Positions 12,042 to 22,649 of a DNA stretch of 64,000 nt are shown here, one piece after another. The DNA is from Ranitomeya imitator. Lineage: Eukaryota. Numbering within the stretch: the first letter of the stretch is position 1; every line of letters begins with the position of its first letter. Below the pieces are notes generated by a model. The model made no database searches. It was not told the DNA's origin and worked only from the letters and a program-made list of their open reading frames with translations. The DNA lies in the NCBI RefSeq assembly GCF_032444005.1, contig NC_091287.1:524210001-524274000 (forward strand), given 5' to 3'. The translations under genes were made by a program, and so were the position numbers.

Positions 12042-12535
12042 AGAAACAACCGCACTCAGAGGATGAATTTAGATTGCGTCATATACGTGAAATTTTATTG
12101 ATGAACACCACAGTGACTAGTAACAGTGTTGAGGTAATGTTTCGACCCCTTGATGGGTCTTTATCAAACCTCACTTGAAGATGAAAGTAATAGGGGAAGA
12201 GGAGGATGCCGTCCTGAAGACGGACACAAGTATTCCACAGAATGATAGAGTGCGAGGGTCCGGAATGGCACGGACAGGGAGCAAAATTCCAAAAGCGACT
12301 GTGGGTCCGGAGATGGGGAGGTCTGTGGTGGTGTGTCTGTGGAATACTTGTGTCCATCTCCAGGACGGCGTCCTCCTCTTCCCCTATTACTTTCATCTTC
12401 AAGTGAGGTTTGATAAAGACCCATCAAGGGGTCGAAACGTTACCTCAACACTGTTACTAGTCACTGTGGTGTTCATCAATAAAATTTCACGTATATGACG
12501 CAGTCTAAATTCATTCTCTGAGTGCGGTTGTTTCT
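12042..12535. repeat. Fold-back element: 200-bp inverted arms, 94-bp spacer (Penelope-like pLTR derivative)
   Basis: 12042-12241 is the reverse complement of 12336-12535 with about 6 mismatches; each arm carries a variant hammerhead core and AATAAA. Confidence 0.9.
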
Positions 12536-12647
12536 ACCTTCTCAGTGTAAAGCAGGACATCTCATTCCAGTATGGCACTATGCACAAGGAGAAATGTTCC
12601 CCCTTAGACCTCCAGTCCGAGGCCTCTCACTTTGTCAGCTCTCCTTC

Positions 12648-12692
12648 TTTGCACTGATGAGAGGCAAACACCCCAAAACACATGTATGCAAA
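12648..12692 (+). ncRNA. Degenerate hammerhead-like motif
   Basis: tttgca-CTGATGA-gagg-caaaca-cccc-AAAAC-acat-GTA-tgcaaa; stem I intact, G12 mutated to A. Confidence 0.55.
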
Positions 12693-12744
12693 TGGAGTTT
12701 CTGGTTTGGCTTCTTACCTTAACTCAGATGTCTAGGCTCGTTAA

Positions 12745-13203
12745 AGCGAACTTGTCAGCAGGATTTTGCTAAGTAAACTACATACACTGCCAGGTTGCCG
12801 CTGTTATTCTGATTAAAATGATACTTGGGGTGAAGAAATCAGTCTTGTGGTTCTTGTGTAATCAGTGTTAGAAGTTTTCAGCTAATGATATGCCCGTGCT
12901 CCGGAGAAGGACTGTAGGCAGAGTCTAATCTTGGTGTTCTGAGCCAGAGAAACCAAGGAAAGACTTATCCACACATCGCCCCGAAACACAAACATGTTCC
13001 TCACCATAGAAACAGACTGTTTGTGCTTTGGGGCGGTCTGTAGGCAGATCGTCCCTTGGTTTTTCTGGCTTAGAGCAGGAAGATAATACTCTGCCTACAG
13101 TTCCGACCCAGAGCACGGGCATATCATTAACTGAAAACTTCTAATAGCGGCAACCTGACAATACCTGTAGATTACTTAGCAAAATCCTGCTGACAAGTTC
13201 ACT
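12745..13203. mobile_element. Kolobok/T2-like MITE
   Basis: 32-bp TIR AG(C/T)GAACTTGTCAGCAGGATTTTGCTAAGTAA, TTAA on both flanks (12741-12744, 13204-13207). Confidence 0.85.
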
Positions 13204-13327
13204 TTAAAGGGTCTATAATGACTTTTCGGCTTCTTTGCAGGTAACCTAGATGATCCTGCAGCCAATCCTAGAAATTACTGTTCTGCTCCATTTCACTCTT
13301 AGCTATAGGTCGTAGGTTCGAAATAAA

Positions 13328-13788
13328 CATATGGATGAATGACCTCAGGGAGATCAAAACATCCAACACCGCGAAGACACCATCACGTATTTCTCAACGC
13401 AGTGATTCAGAACACGTGATCACGGCTTTTCTACGTGCATTTGCATATTTCCCATAAGGGATGGGGGCAGTGTTCTGGATCACTGCATTGAGAAACACGT
13501 GATGGTGTCCCTGCAGTGTTGGATGTTTTGATCTCCCCGAGGTCATTCATCCTTATGTTTATAGTCCTTTTACTAGGCACTGCTCCTAATAGCCAGTTTC
13601 CTACTCCACACTGATGAGGGGCAAATACCCCGAAACAGCTGTCTGTGGATGGATACCATGTTTTGGCATAGATGGTTTTCCTTTTTGGATGCTGCCCTTC
13701 CCATGGTTGTTCCTTCCCGGTGAAAGACCTGGCTATTTATTGCTTGCGTTGAGAAACACGTGATGGTGTCTCCGCGGCTTTTCTACAT
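13328..13788 (+). mobile_element. Non-coding retrozyme/Penelope-like insertion with hammerhead ribozyme
   Basis: 16-bp direct repeat GTAGGT(T/C)CGAAATAAA on both flanks (13312-13327, 13789-13804); about 90-bp inverted arms at 13330-13560; 261-bp internal direct repeat; hammerhead at 13605-13649. Confidence 0.8.
13605..13649 (+). ncRNA. Minimal type I hammerhead ribozyme (predicted cleavage after GUC at 13643)
   Basis: tccaca-CTGATGA-gggg-caaata-cccc-GAAAC-agct-GTC-tgtgga: all core residues present, 6-bp stem I, 4-bp stem II, short stem III with self-complementary ACAGCTGT. Confidence 0.88.
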
Positions 13789-14028
13789 GTAGGTCCGAAA
13801 TAAAGCATGAATCAAGCAAAAGCCTGATACTAATACTTATTTGAGCTGTGTTGGTGACGCCAATGTACTGTGCCATTCAACATCAAAAGAACAAATAAGA
13901 CATTGTGGCTGCTTGTCTTAGATAAAGGAAACTGTGCTCCGAAGCACCCTTTGTTCAGAGCACACGAAGAGATGGGAGATTCAATTTGCAGGACTCCGGT
14001 CCATCTGCCAGGACAGTAATCTGTGACT

Positions 14029-14186
14029 GTCCAGCAGAGTAGAAGGAACAGCGCTCCAAACGGGTGTTTATCCAAAAGAAGCAAACTTTATTTCAGCCAT
14101 GGTAGAATAGCGAAATGGCTGAAATAAAGTTTGTTTCTTTTGGATAAACACCCTTTTGGAGCGCTGTTCCTTCTACTCTGCTGGAC
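14029..14186. repeat. Palindrome with 72-bp arms and 14-nt loop
   Basis: 14029-14100 pairs with 14115-14186 with about 3 mismatches. Confidence 0.9.
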
Positions 14187-15157
14187 TTGTACTTTTCCGG
14201 GTGGGTTCCCTGGACTTGGAGCGTGCGCCCTTGGTAGTGAGTGCTGCTGGTCATCTGCAAATTGGACAAGTAATCTGTGACTGCTGAATAGGAGGCCTGC
14301 AAATATGCATATCTCTTGGCATTCTAGGCTCCTCTTTTAATTAGCCGAGTTGGCGCTACATCATGTCATGTTGCAGTGATGACTTCACGCCAACCTAGCT
14401 AATCAAAAGAAGAGCTGGGAATGTTTAGTGTTAAGGAACCAGGCCCCAAATGCAAAATCAACAACAACAGGGCTCCCAACTATCACTGACCTTTATTAGT
14501 TTTGGTCTTCCCTTACAAGCTAAATGGACTCTTTGAAGACTAAATAATTATTTAAAAAAAGTTTGGTTCAGGTGCCAGGACAGTACTTGAACTCGAACCC
14601 AAAACCAGACCTCATTCAAATGAAAGGGAGGCCCGAGCATTCGGTGTTTCCCATGCTGTCATCTCTGTGACAGCGTGAGAAACACCCGCTCTGATCGGCG
14701 ATAGCCTATCAAGTTACCGCTGGTCACAGTGCTGCAATTCCCACACTGTCATACATATGACAGCATGTGAGCCAGCAGCTGTGACTGGTGGAAAGAAGAT
14801 TACTGTCAGTCACAGGTGTCGGCTGATGAGAGTACTACTCACATCATCAGACGCCTGGTCTTACTGGGCAATAAATATATTTAAAAAAAATAGCATGTGA
14901 ACCCATCAGCTTATTCTGGCTGTGTCTTTATTACAATAAGACTATGAGGTTAGTAATGGGGGTGTCTTAAAGACACCTCTCCATTACTAACATGTGAGCT
15001 TGATGTCAGCTGACATTACAAAGCTTACATCAACCCAACAAATATTACCCCTCTTGCCACCACACAAAGGAAAGTAAGAAGAGTGGAGGCTAAGCGCCAG
15101 AATTGGTGCATCTTATGGATGTGCCATTTCTAGGGCGGCTTAGAGCTCATGATCTTA

Positions 15158-16221
15158 GGCTGGTTTCACATTTGCGTTTTTTTTTTTTTTGCGTTTTTGC
15201 GCAAAAAAAACATGCGTTTTTTTCCCTATACTTAACATTAAAAACGCATGCGTTTTTTTTCCCTATACTTAACATTAAAAATGCATGCGTTTTTTTGCAT
15301 GCGTTTTGACGCGTTTTGACAACGCATGCGTTTTTTCTCTGCATGCGTTGCGTTGCAGAATTGCAACATGTAGTAATTTTAGCGGCTTTTTTTGGGTTAG
15401 GGTTAGAGTTTGCGTTTTAGGGTTAGGGTTAGAGTTTGTGTTAGGGTTAGAGGTAGAGTTTGTGAGTTTGTGTTAGAGTTTGTGTTAGGGTTAGGGTTAG
15501 AGTTTGGGTTAGGTTTAGGGTTAGAGTTTGTGTTAGAGTTTGTGTTAGAGTTTATGTTGGGGTTAGGGTTTGGGTTAGGGTCCCTAGGGTTAGGGTTAGG
15601 ATCCCTTGGGTTAGAGTTAGGGTTAGAGTTTGTGTTAGGGTTAGGGTTAGAGTTTGGGTTAGAGTTTGTGTTAGGGTTAGAGTTAGGGTTAGGGTTTGGG
15701 CTAGGGTTTGGGTTAGGGTCCCTAGGGTTAGGGTTAGCGTTAGGATCCCTAGGGTTAGGGTTAGGGTTAGAGTTTGTGTTTTAGGGTTAGGGTTAGAGTT
15801 TATGTTAGGGTTAGGGTTAGGGATAGAGATTGGGTTAGGGTTAGAGTTTGGGTTAGGGTTAGGGTTAGAGTTTGTGTTTTAGGGTTAGGGTTAGAATTTG
15901 TGTTTTAGGGTTAGGGTTAGGATCCCTAGGGTTACTAGGGATCCTAACCCTAACCCTAACCCTAGGTATTTCTGTTTGTAGTGGGTTTTCTAGTTGATTT
16001 TGATGATTGGCAGCTGTCAGACACTTCTCATCATGCGTTTCAAAAACGCAAACGCAGGAAAAAACGCATGTAAACACGTCAAAACGCCGCGTTTGTGTTA
16101 AAACATGCAAAAACGCATGCACCTAAAAAACGCAGCGTTTAAACGCGTTGAAACGCGTTTTTTCACCAAATGTGTTTGCATTTAAAACGCTGCGTTTTTA
16201 AACGCAAATGTGAAACCAGCC
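15158..16221. mobile_element. Harbinger-type MITE carrying telomere-like repeats
   Basis: TIR GGCTGGTTTCACATTTGCGTTT, TTA duplicated (15155-15157, 16222-16224). Confidence 0.9.
15394..15966. repeat. Interstitial telomere-like array (TTAGGG mixed with TTAGAG, TTTGGG, TTTGTG)
   Basis: Hexamer phase kept for about 500 bp, then inversion to (CCCTAA)n at 15935-15966. Confidence 0.95.
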
Positions 16222-16269
16222 TTAGTCTGGGAGGGGGTCAATATCCATGGACCTTTCTTAGGTTATTAA

Positions 16270-16404
16270 CCCCTTTCTGACCATGGATGGGATAGTACGT
16301 CCGAGGTCAGAACCCCTGCTTTGATGCAGTGCTCCGGTGGTGAGCCCGCATCAAAGCCAGGACATGTCAGCTGTTTTGAACAGCTGACATGTGCCCGCAA
16401 TAGC
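16270..16404. mobile_element. Terminal fragment of the same piggyBac-like family as 7689-8974
   Basis: TTAA-CCCCTT start; reverse complement of about 8830-8974. Confidence 0.7.
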
Positions 16405-16410
16405 AGACAC

Positions 16411-16655
16411 AAATTTAGATACTGATTTGGCTTTTATCCTAAGTCATATTGCACGACTCGTTTAAAGAGTTGATTGTGACTTGTAGGATCGCTACTTCCA
16501 ATCGGTGGCGCTATAGAGTTTAAGTCCTCTTTTTCTCAGAAGAGGCAATTTGCATATTATATTTCCCAGAGGAGCATTGCACGGCGACTAAGCCTCCTTA
16601 CCTTGACAAGCCAGAGATGGTATGTCACTCTCCATAAGGAGAAACGATACCGCTA
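16411..16655 (+). repeat. Copy of the hammerhead-associated dispersed repeat (motif itself absent)
   Basis: Shares sequence with 7355-7475, 12570-12600 and 12690-12744. Confidence 0.55.
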
Positions 16656-19039
16656 TATCCTTACTGGGAACCACAATGGTTCCTTTGTTAGCAACACTGT
16701 GAGCAGAGCACTGCAGGTGTGCAAGTTACCTGCTAGTGAGTGTCCAGCCTAGGGAAAATTTGTCAAAGACCCCAAATGTGATCCTGAGAAAGTTCGAAGT
16801 TGTAACACAATTGGTTTAGCCAGAGGTATAACATAGAGAGTGGGACCCAATTTATCATGGGTCTTTAATAGTTTTGGTCTTATCAATTAAATTACAGAAC
16901 CCTTTTGGACTTAGTTTCCAGGACCCCGCTTAACTGCAAACTCTATACCTAATAGGCAGGAGAGCAAAGCCCGATGATGACTCTACAGAGTGGAAGTCTA
17001 GCAGGTGGGAAAGATAGGCTCCTCACTTGGTGCCTGAGGAGGCTAAGCTGAGTACTGATGAAGTCCCTTTGGTTAGATCCCCATCAATTTTAGAGCCAAC
17101 TAAAGTCTTGTGAAATAATGGCCTTACAAGTGTTTGCTATATAAGGTCTTAGTCACTTGTTAGCATGACGTGAAGCATGTCCTGAATAATTTAACAGATC
17201 CTAAATAACTTTCACTTTACGCCTTTCCAGTCTCTCAAACTAGAAAGCATTTAATTCACAAGAAACAAGATCAAAGTCTTGGTAACTCCCACTCATTGCG
17301 TGATCTTCATCCAAGTCCATCATGACTCACGCTCCAACATCTAAATACGGAGTTCTCTGCAGACACCGAGAGCCATATGATTTATGTTAGTGAGCGTATG
17401 GTGCATCAAACAGGTAGCGAGGATCGTTTTAAGAAGTTGATGATTCACAGTAGTTCCCAAAATTCTATTTATTCAAGAAAAGTCTTGTTTTATGTTCTCT
17501 ATGAAAATCAAAATAAAAGCTCCTCATAAGAAGACAACCGCGATGTGTCCACAGATCCACTGCTAATATATACTTCTCTAACAATTAGCTATAAATGTTC
17601 GGTTAGTCATCTTTACGTAACTGCCAGGATGTATGTGGGTTGGAACACAAAATATATGTGAGTCTAGGGTTAAAATAAATGATCACCGCGAAGAGAAAAC
17701 TATTGGGTGGTATTGTGGTGAGAAGAGGGCCCTAACAAAATATTAATTGCCCAGTTCTGTAAGGGTAAAATTGTTTTAGAAGTAAGAGGTGATTTTTATA
17801 TACTTTCGGTTGCTGAACTCAGTAAAAATATTGAAAAAATTCCATCGCGCACATATTTTTTCACAAACACTGACTCTGTGGTGGTGTATATAGTAACCAA
17901 TCAGAGCACAGCTTCATCAGCCGTGTAAGACCTGAATGCTGATTGACAATGATTATATACATTAGATAGGACTGCTCTATTATGGGTATACCTTGGCGAT
18001 TGGTGGAGCAGCTTAACATACTTTTTTTTTTGCAAAAAAAACTTATTAACTAAATACCCTGTATTTTTTCATTTTTTGACTTGCCCTTGCTTATTTACTG
18101 TGACTTTTTTACAACAGAGTATTTTTTTACCTCTCTGTGCGCTTTTGTGTTTTCAATATGTCTTGGCTACCTGAAGCTATGAAAATAGGCCAGATATGTC
18201 ATACGAAGGACCACAACATTGCATGATGGACCCTAGTGCTATTTTCAAAGCTATTTCTATGTGTTTCTGTCACTGTTTTTGCTATGGTTGCTTTTGTTGC
18301 TTTCAAATGTGATGGAACCTCCAACAGTGGTGTGAACATTGCCTAATAGAAATGAAATCCAATTGGTTAGCAGTCAAAATCTTGTCTATTGCTACAGCAA
18401 ACAACCTAAAATTGTACCTTTGCGTATCATTGTAATACCCCTGTAAGATATTTGATTCTCTTTTTTTCTTGTTAGAAAAGTGCAACCATAGAATCAGGAT
18501 TATTGGGGCCCGCGGATATTTGGATTCTGTTATTCCACACCTGACCTTCTTATGGAAAGCGATTCCTTGTATGTTCCCTTTTTAAATTAATTAAATTAAT
18601 ACATTACATTAACAAAAGTATTGGAATCCATGTCTTAATTATTGAATTCAGGTTTTTCTTTCAGCTCCATTGCCCCCCATGTATAACATCCGTGCTACTT
18701 ACCTCCGGTATATAACATTCGACCTCTTTCCCTGTGGGTATAACATCCGGCCCCACGCCCCAAATGTATAACACACAACACCATCGCCATACTGTCTGCC
18801 CTTAGTAATGTGTGACAGAACGGCTGGTTGTGCAAAGCTCATTGATACCAGCACAGTCCTGTAATAGAAGTTACCAGTGTAACAAGTCCATAACAAGCCC
18901 ACTGTAACAAACCCATGACATTCTTCCTCGTAAATCTTCCCCTATTACCTGAGAGTGATATTATTGAGAATTGAAAAAAATAGCAGCAATTCAGGTATGA
19001 AGTGGAGACCCTGTAATGTTACAGAGCGGGTCATCGAGG

Positions 19040-19880
19040 GCTGAGGAGCAGAAGGCAAAAGTCATCATCGCGACGCTCTGTTAACTCCATAACTGCAGAG
19101 TCCAGACCTCCACTGGTATTAACATCAACACAAACCCTGCACCCCCGCCAGGAGCTTCATGGCCAAGCAGCTGCATGCAGACTTACATCACCGAGCATAA
19201 TGCTGAGCGTCAGCTGGAGTGGTGTAAAACCGCCACCACTGGACTCTGTAGGAAACGTGTTCTGTGCACTGACAGGTCACACTTCTCTATCCGCACCTGA
19301 TGGATGAGTCTGGGTTTGGTGAATGCCAGGAGAGCGTTTCCTGCCTTACTGCATTGTGCCCTCGATACGGTTTGGTGGAGGAGGATAATAATATGGGCTT
19401 GTTTTTCAGGGGTCGGCCTAGGCCCCTTAGTTCTAATGAAAATAAATCTTAATTGTTGAGCACCAGACATTGTGGACAATTGTGGCAACAGTTTGAGGAA
19501 GATCTATTTCTGTTCCCCAAGCCTGTTTTCAGTGCAAAAAGTCAGTAAAAACTTGATTGGGGGAATTTGGTAGAGGAACATGACTGACCACACAGATCCA
19601 GGACCTTAACCCCATCCAACACCAAACAAAAGATTATAATGGAGATTGTAAGCTTTCTTCCAAAATCAGTGCCTGATCTTATAATTGACCTTCTGGACAA
19701 ATGGGCAAAAATGTACACAGACACCTCTAAAATCTTGTATAAAAGAGGTCGTTGCTCTTGCTGCAAAATGGCTTCCAACTCCATATTATTACCAAAAATC
19801 TAGAATGAGATGTCCTAAAATCTATAAAATCTTTTGTAGGTGTAATGTGTAGGTGTCCCTATACTTTTCTCCATATAGTG
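19040..19880 (+). pseudogene. Decayed Tc1 transposase and 3' end
   Basis: Fragments read ELHG..AACR.YIT, EWCK..HWT, FGGG.IM.W.CFSG.G.GPLV and a degenerate SPDLNPI; ends in ACTTTT.TCCATATAGTG. Start approximate. Confidence 0.75.
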
Positions 19881-20555
19881 TGTTGACCATATAAATCCGC
19901 ACCTGTTTTGCACTGTGCAAACATTTGCCTTTCATGAACCAGGACCCCTACGTGAGCCTCTGAAGGTGGATTTCTCACAAATCGACGCTGCGGTTTGGTG
20001 ACTAAATACTGTAGCTGTAGTTTCATTATTACAGACACGAAAGCCTTCACCTCAGTAGGAAAAAGATGATGTGATGCACAATAAGAAATAGAAGTGTTTT
20101 TCATGTGGGCACATGCAGAAAAGAAGTCTTTGTACTTTTTATAAAGTCGTTCGTTTAATGCTTAGTTAAAGTTGGATGCTTTCTTTTAGTTACAAGCTTT
20201 TGTAATAATTCTGGCTTGTGAGTCTTGGCTGCGTGACACCAAAACAATTTGCTGGTGACCACCGGAGGGAACTCCCTGCAGGCCTTACTAAATAAAGATG
20301 AAAGTGCAGGGTGTTCACTCAAGTGTTTACCATTCCCAGACTTTAAGCACAATTCTTACCATGTGGGAAATATATCCAAAACCAAGTATTTGTTTCCTAG
20401 CAGCTGCAATCGCTCAAAACGACTAAGGAGAATTATGGGGAATGTATGATAAATTCTTTGTAAATTTTTCCCTGAAGTATCGGCCCTATAATGACTGCCT
20501 TCATTAATAGATACAGGAAAGATATATATCTTGGTACCATGTTAGCCAGTGGATA

Positions 20556-20706
20556 GAAAAATATTTAGAATTGAGAGTCCTCAGTGGTTGATACCTTTTA
20601 ATGGCTAACTGAAAAGATGGTAACAAATTGCAAGCTTTCGAGACTACTTGGGTCTATGCCTAATGATTAAGAGACCACTGAGGACTCTCAATTCTAAATA
20701 TTTTTC
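20556..20706. repeat. 33-bp perfect inverted repeat enclosing a collapsed Penelope-like/hammerhead remnant
   Basis: 20556-20588 pairs with 20674-20706; spacer contains GCTTTCGAGACT...GGTCT, resembling the antisense of a hammerhead stem II-GAAA with the CTGATGA part missing. Confidence 0.6.
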
Positions 20707-21732
20707 ATTAATAGAAATATCATTGTGGCCCCATTAATGGCGCCATCAGTAACAACTCTGAAAGTGCACTCCATAAAGTTAGAAAGCATTGTCCTCATAA
20801 CCAGTGCCAGAGAAGTGCCCCCATATATATTGAAAATAGACTACACCTAGTTAATAACAGTGCCATAAAGTCCCGCCAAAAACAGAAATATCAAAGCGCG
20901 TCCCATAAAAAGTCCCAGTAGAGTGCCTTTCGTCAACTGATTATCCCCAATTGAATGCAGTGCCATGAGAGTTATTATGGCACATAAAAAATGTCAGAAG
21001 AGAAGAAGAGGGTCCCCCATGTAAAGTGCTCTCCAAATTAATCCATAGATAGTGCCAGAGGAGCATCCCTCATAAACATGGCCAGCAGATTACATGTAGC
21101 AGTGGTATCGGAAAGGCCTAATGAGTTATTTGAGCGAACTACACAAAAGTGTTCACCTATAACAGTGCTCGAGTGATGATCAGGCACAGTTGTTAATAGA
21201 TCGAGTATCGCTGGTGCTCACATGCCATACTCGAGTCCCACCCCACATGTTGGGCACCTGTTAGATAGCCAATGAACATGTGGAAATTGCTCGCCATGCG
21301 CGGTAATGCCGTAGCCATGCTGGTTACTAGCATTACTGTGATTTTCTGACCGCAGCGCGTCATGGGGTCGTCTAGAAGACCCGGTAATACTATGCTCAGC
21401 ACGCTGCCCTTTGCAAGCAGTTCAGGAAGAGTTGTTATTGGAGGCAGAGCACAGTTTAGAGCAAGTACCGTATATAGATAGGGTTTAATAATATTGCTAT
21501 AGGAGTACTTGTATATAGCTCCTTCAGCATGAAAACAACAGTCATTTTCAGGGCTAAATATTTTCTTTCTGTAGTAAAACTGCTATTAGCTGCATTCAGT
21601 GGATGGAAAGTTTAGGATTAGAGGCATCTAGGCAGGGTTTAATATTAATATTGCAGTACTTGTATACTACCGCTTCTGCACCGTTGATACATTAGGGCTT
21701 GTCAAGGCTAAATATTTATTTTTCCCTCTTAA

Positions 21733-21980
21733 CCCCTACATGACCTTAGCGTTTTTCGGTTTTGCGTTTTCGTTTTTCGCTCCCCTCTTTCCCAGAGCCA
21801 TAATTTTTCTATTTTTTCGTCAATATGGCCATGTGAGAGCTTATTTTTTGGAGGACAAGTTATACTTTTCAACGATATCATTGGTTTTAGCATGTCGTGT
21901 ACTAGAAAACGGGAAAAAAATTCCAAGTGCGGTGAAATTGCAAAAAAAGTGCAGTCCCACACTTGTTTTTTTTTTTGGCT
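21733..21980. mobile_element. Left-end fragment of the piggyBac-like family at 7689
   Basis: TTAA-CCCCT start; aligns with 7689-7930. Confidence 0.75.
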
Positions 21981-22099
21981 TTGAAAACTAAACCTGTGCC
22001 TACTGAGGAAGCACAACAAACACGCTCATCCACGAGGCCTAGCTAATCTTGAAGCCAGAACAGTGCAAGCAGGTGGTTGCTTGGATGTCAGATAATAAT

Positions 22100-22410
22100 T
22101 AGTGATGAGCGAGTGTACTCGTTGTTTGGCTTTTCCCGAGCACGCTCGGGTGGTCTCCGAGTATTTGTGACTGCATGGAGATTTAGTTTTCATCGACACA
22201 GCTGAATAATTTACAGCTACTAGGCAGCTTGATTACATGTGGGGATTCCCTAGCAACCAGGCAACCCCCACATGTACTCAGCCTGGCTAGTAGCTGTAAA
22301 TCATTCAGCTGGGGTGATGAAAACTAAATCGCTGAGCAGTTACAAATACTCGGAGACCACCCGAGCGTGCTTGGGAAAACCCAAGCAACGAGTACACTCA
22401 CTCATCACTA
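22100..22410. mobile_element. hAT MITE
   Basis: TIR TAGTGATGAG(C/T)GAGTGTACTCGTTG, long internal palindrome, 8-bp TSD ATAATAAT. Confidence 0.9.
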
Positions 22411-22649
22411 ATAATAATGCTTCCATCATTTTCTCAACACCACCCTGTTTTCCACACAGTCCAGTGACACTAACCAAGAGTCTGAACCACATAAGACTCA
22501 CCCTGAGTCTCTACGGCGAGTCCCAGGAGCCAAGTGATTCCGCACTGACACTCTGGAAAATTCTTTACATTTCTATTGATTGATTCTTGCCTCTTGCCTT
22601 GCACATTTCAAGAGGAACAAGGGGATCTCATGTGTAGTGATGTTCAAAT

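Noticed and set aside
12079-12498. Two similar 107-aa ORFs on opposite strands
   Set aside because: Mirror artefacts of the 200-bp palindrome; no domain recognised.
14822-14850. CTGATGA as a hammerhead core
   Set aside because: It pairs with CATCAG in a local hairpin, with no GAAA or stems. The same applies to CTGATGA at about 17054, 26123 and 46418.
15410-15784. 124-aa GL/EFV-rich ORF
   Set aside because: Translation of telomere-like hexamers.
15905-15966. Telomere-telomere chromosome fusion site
   Set aside because: The inverted array lies within a MITE with intact TIRs and TSD, and the C-rich side is only about 4 units.
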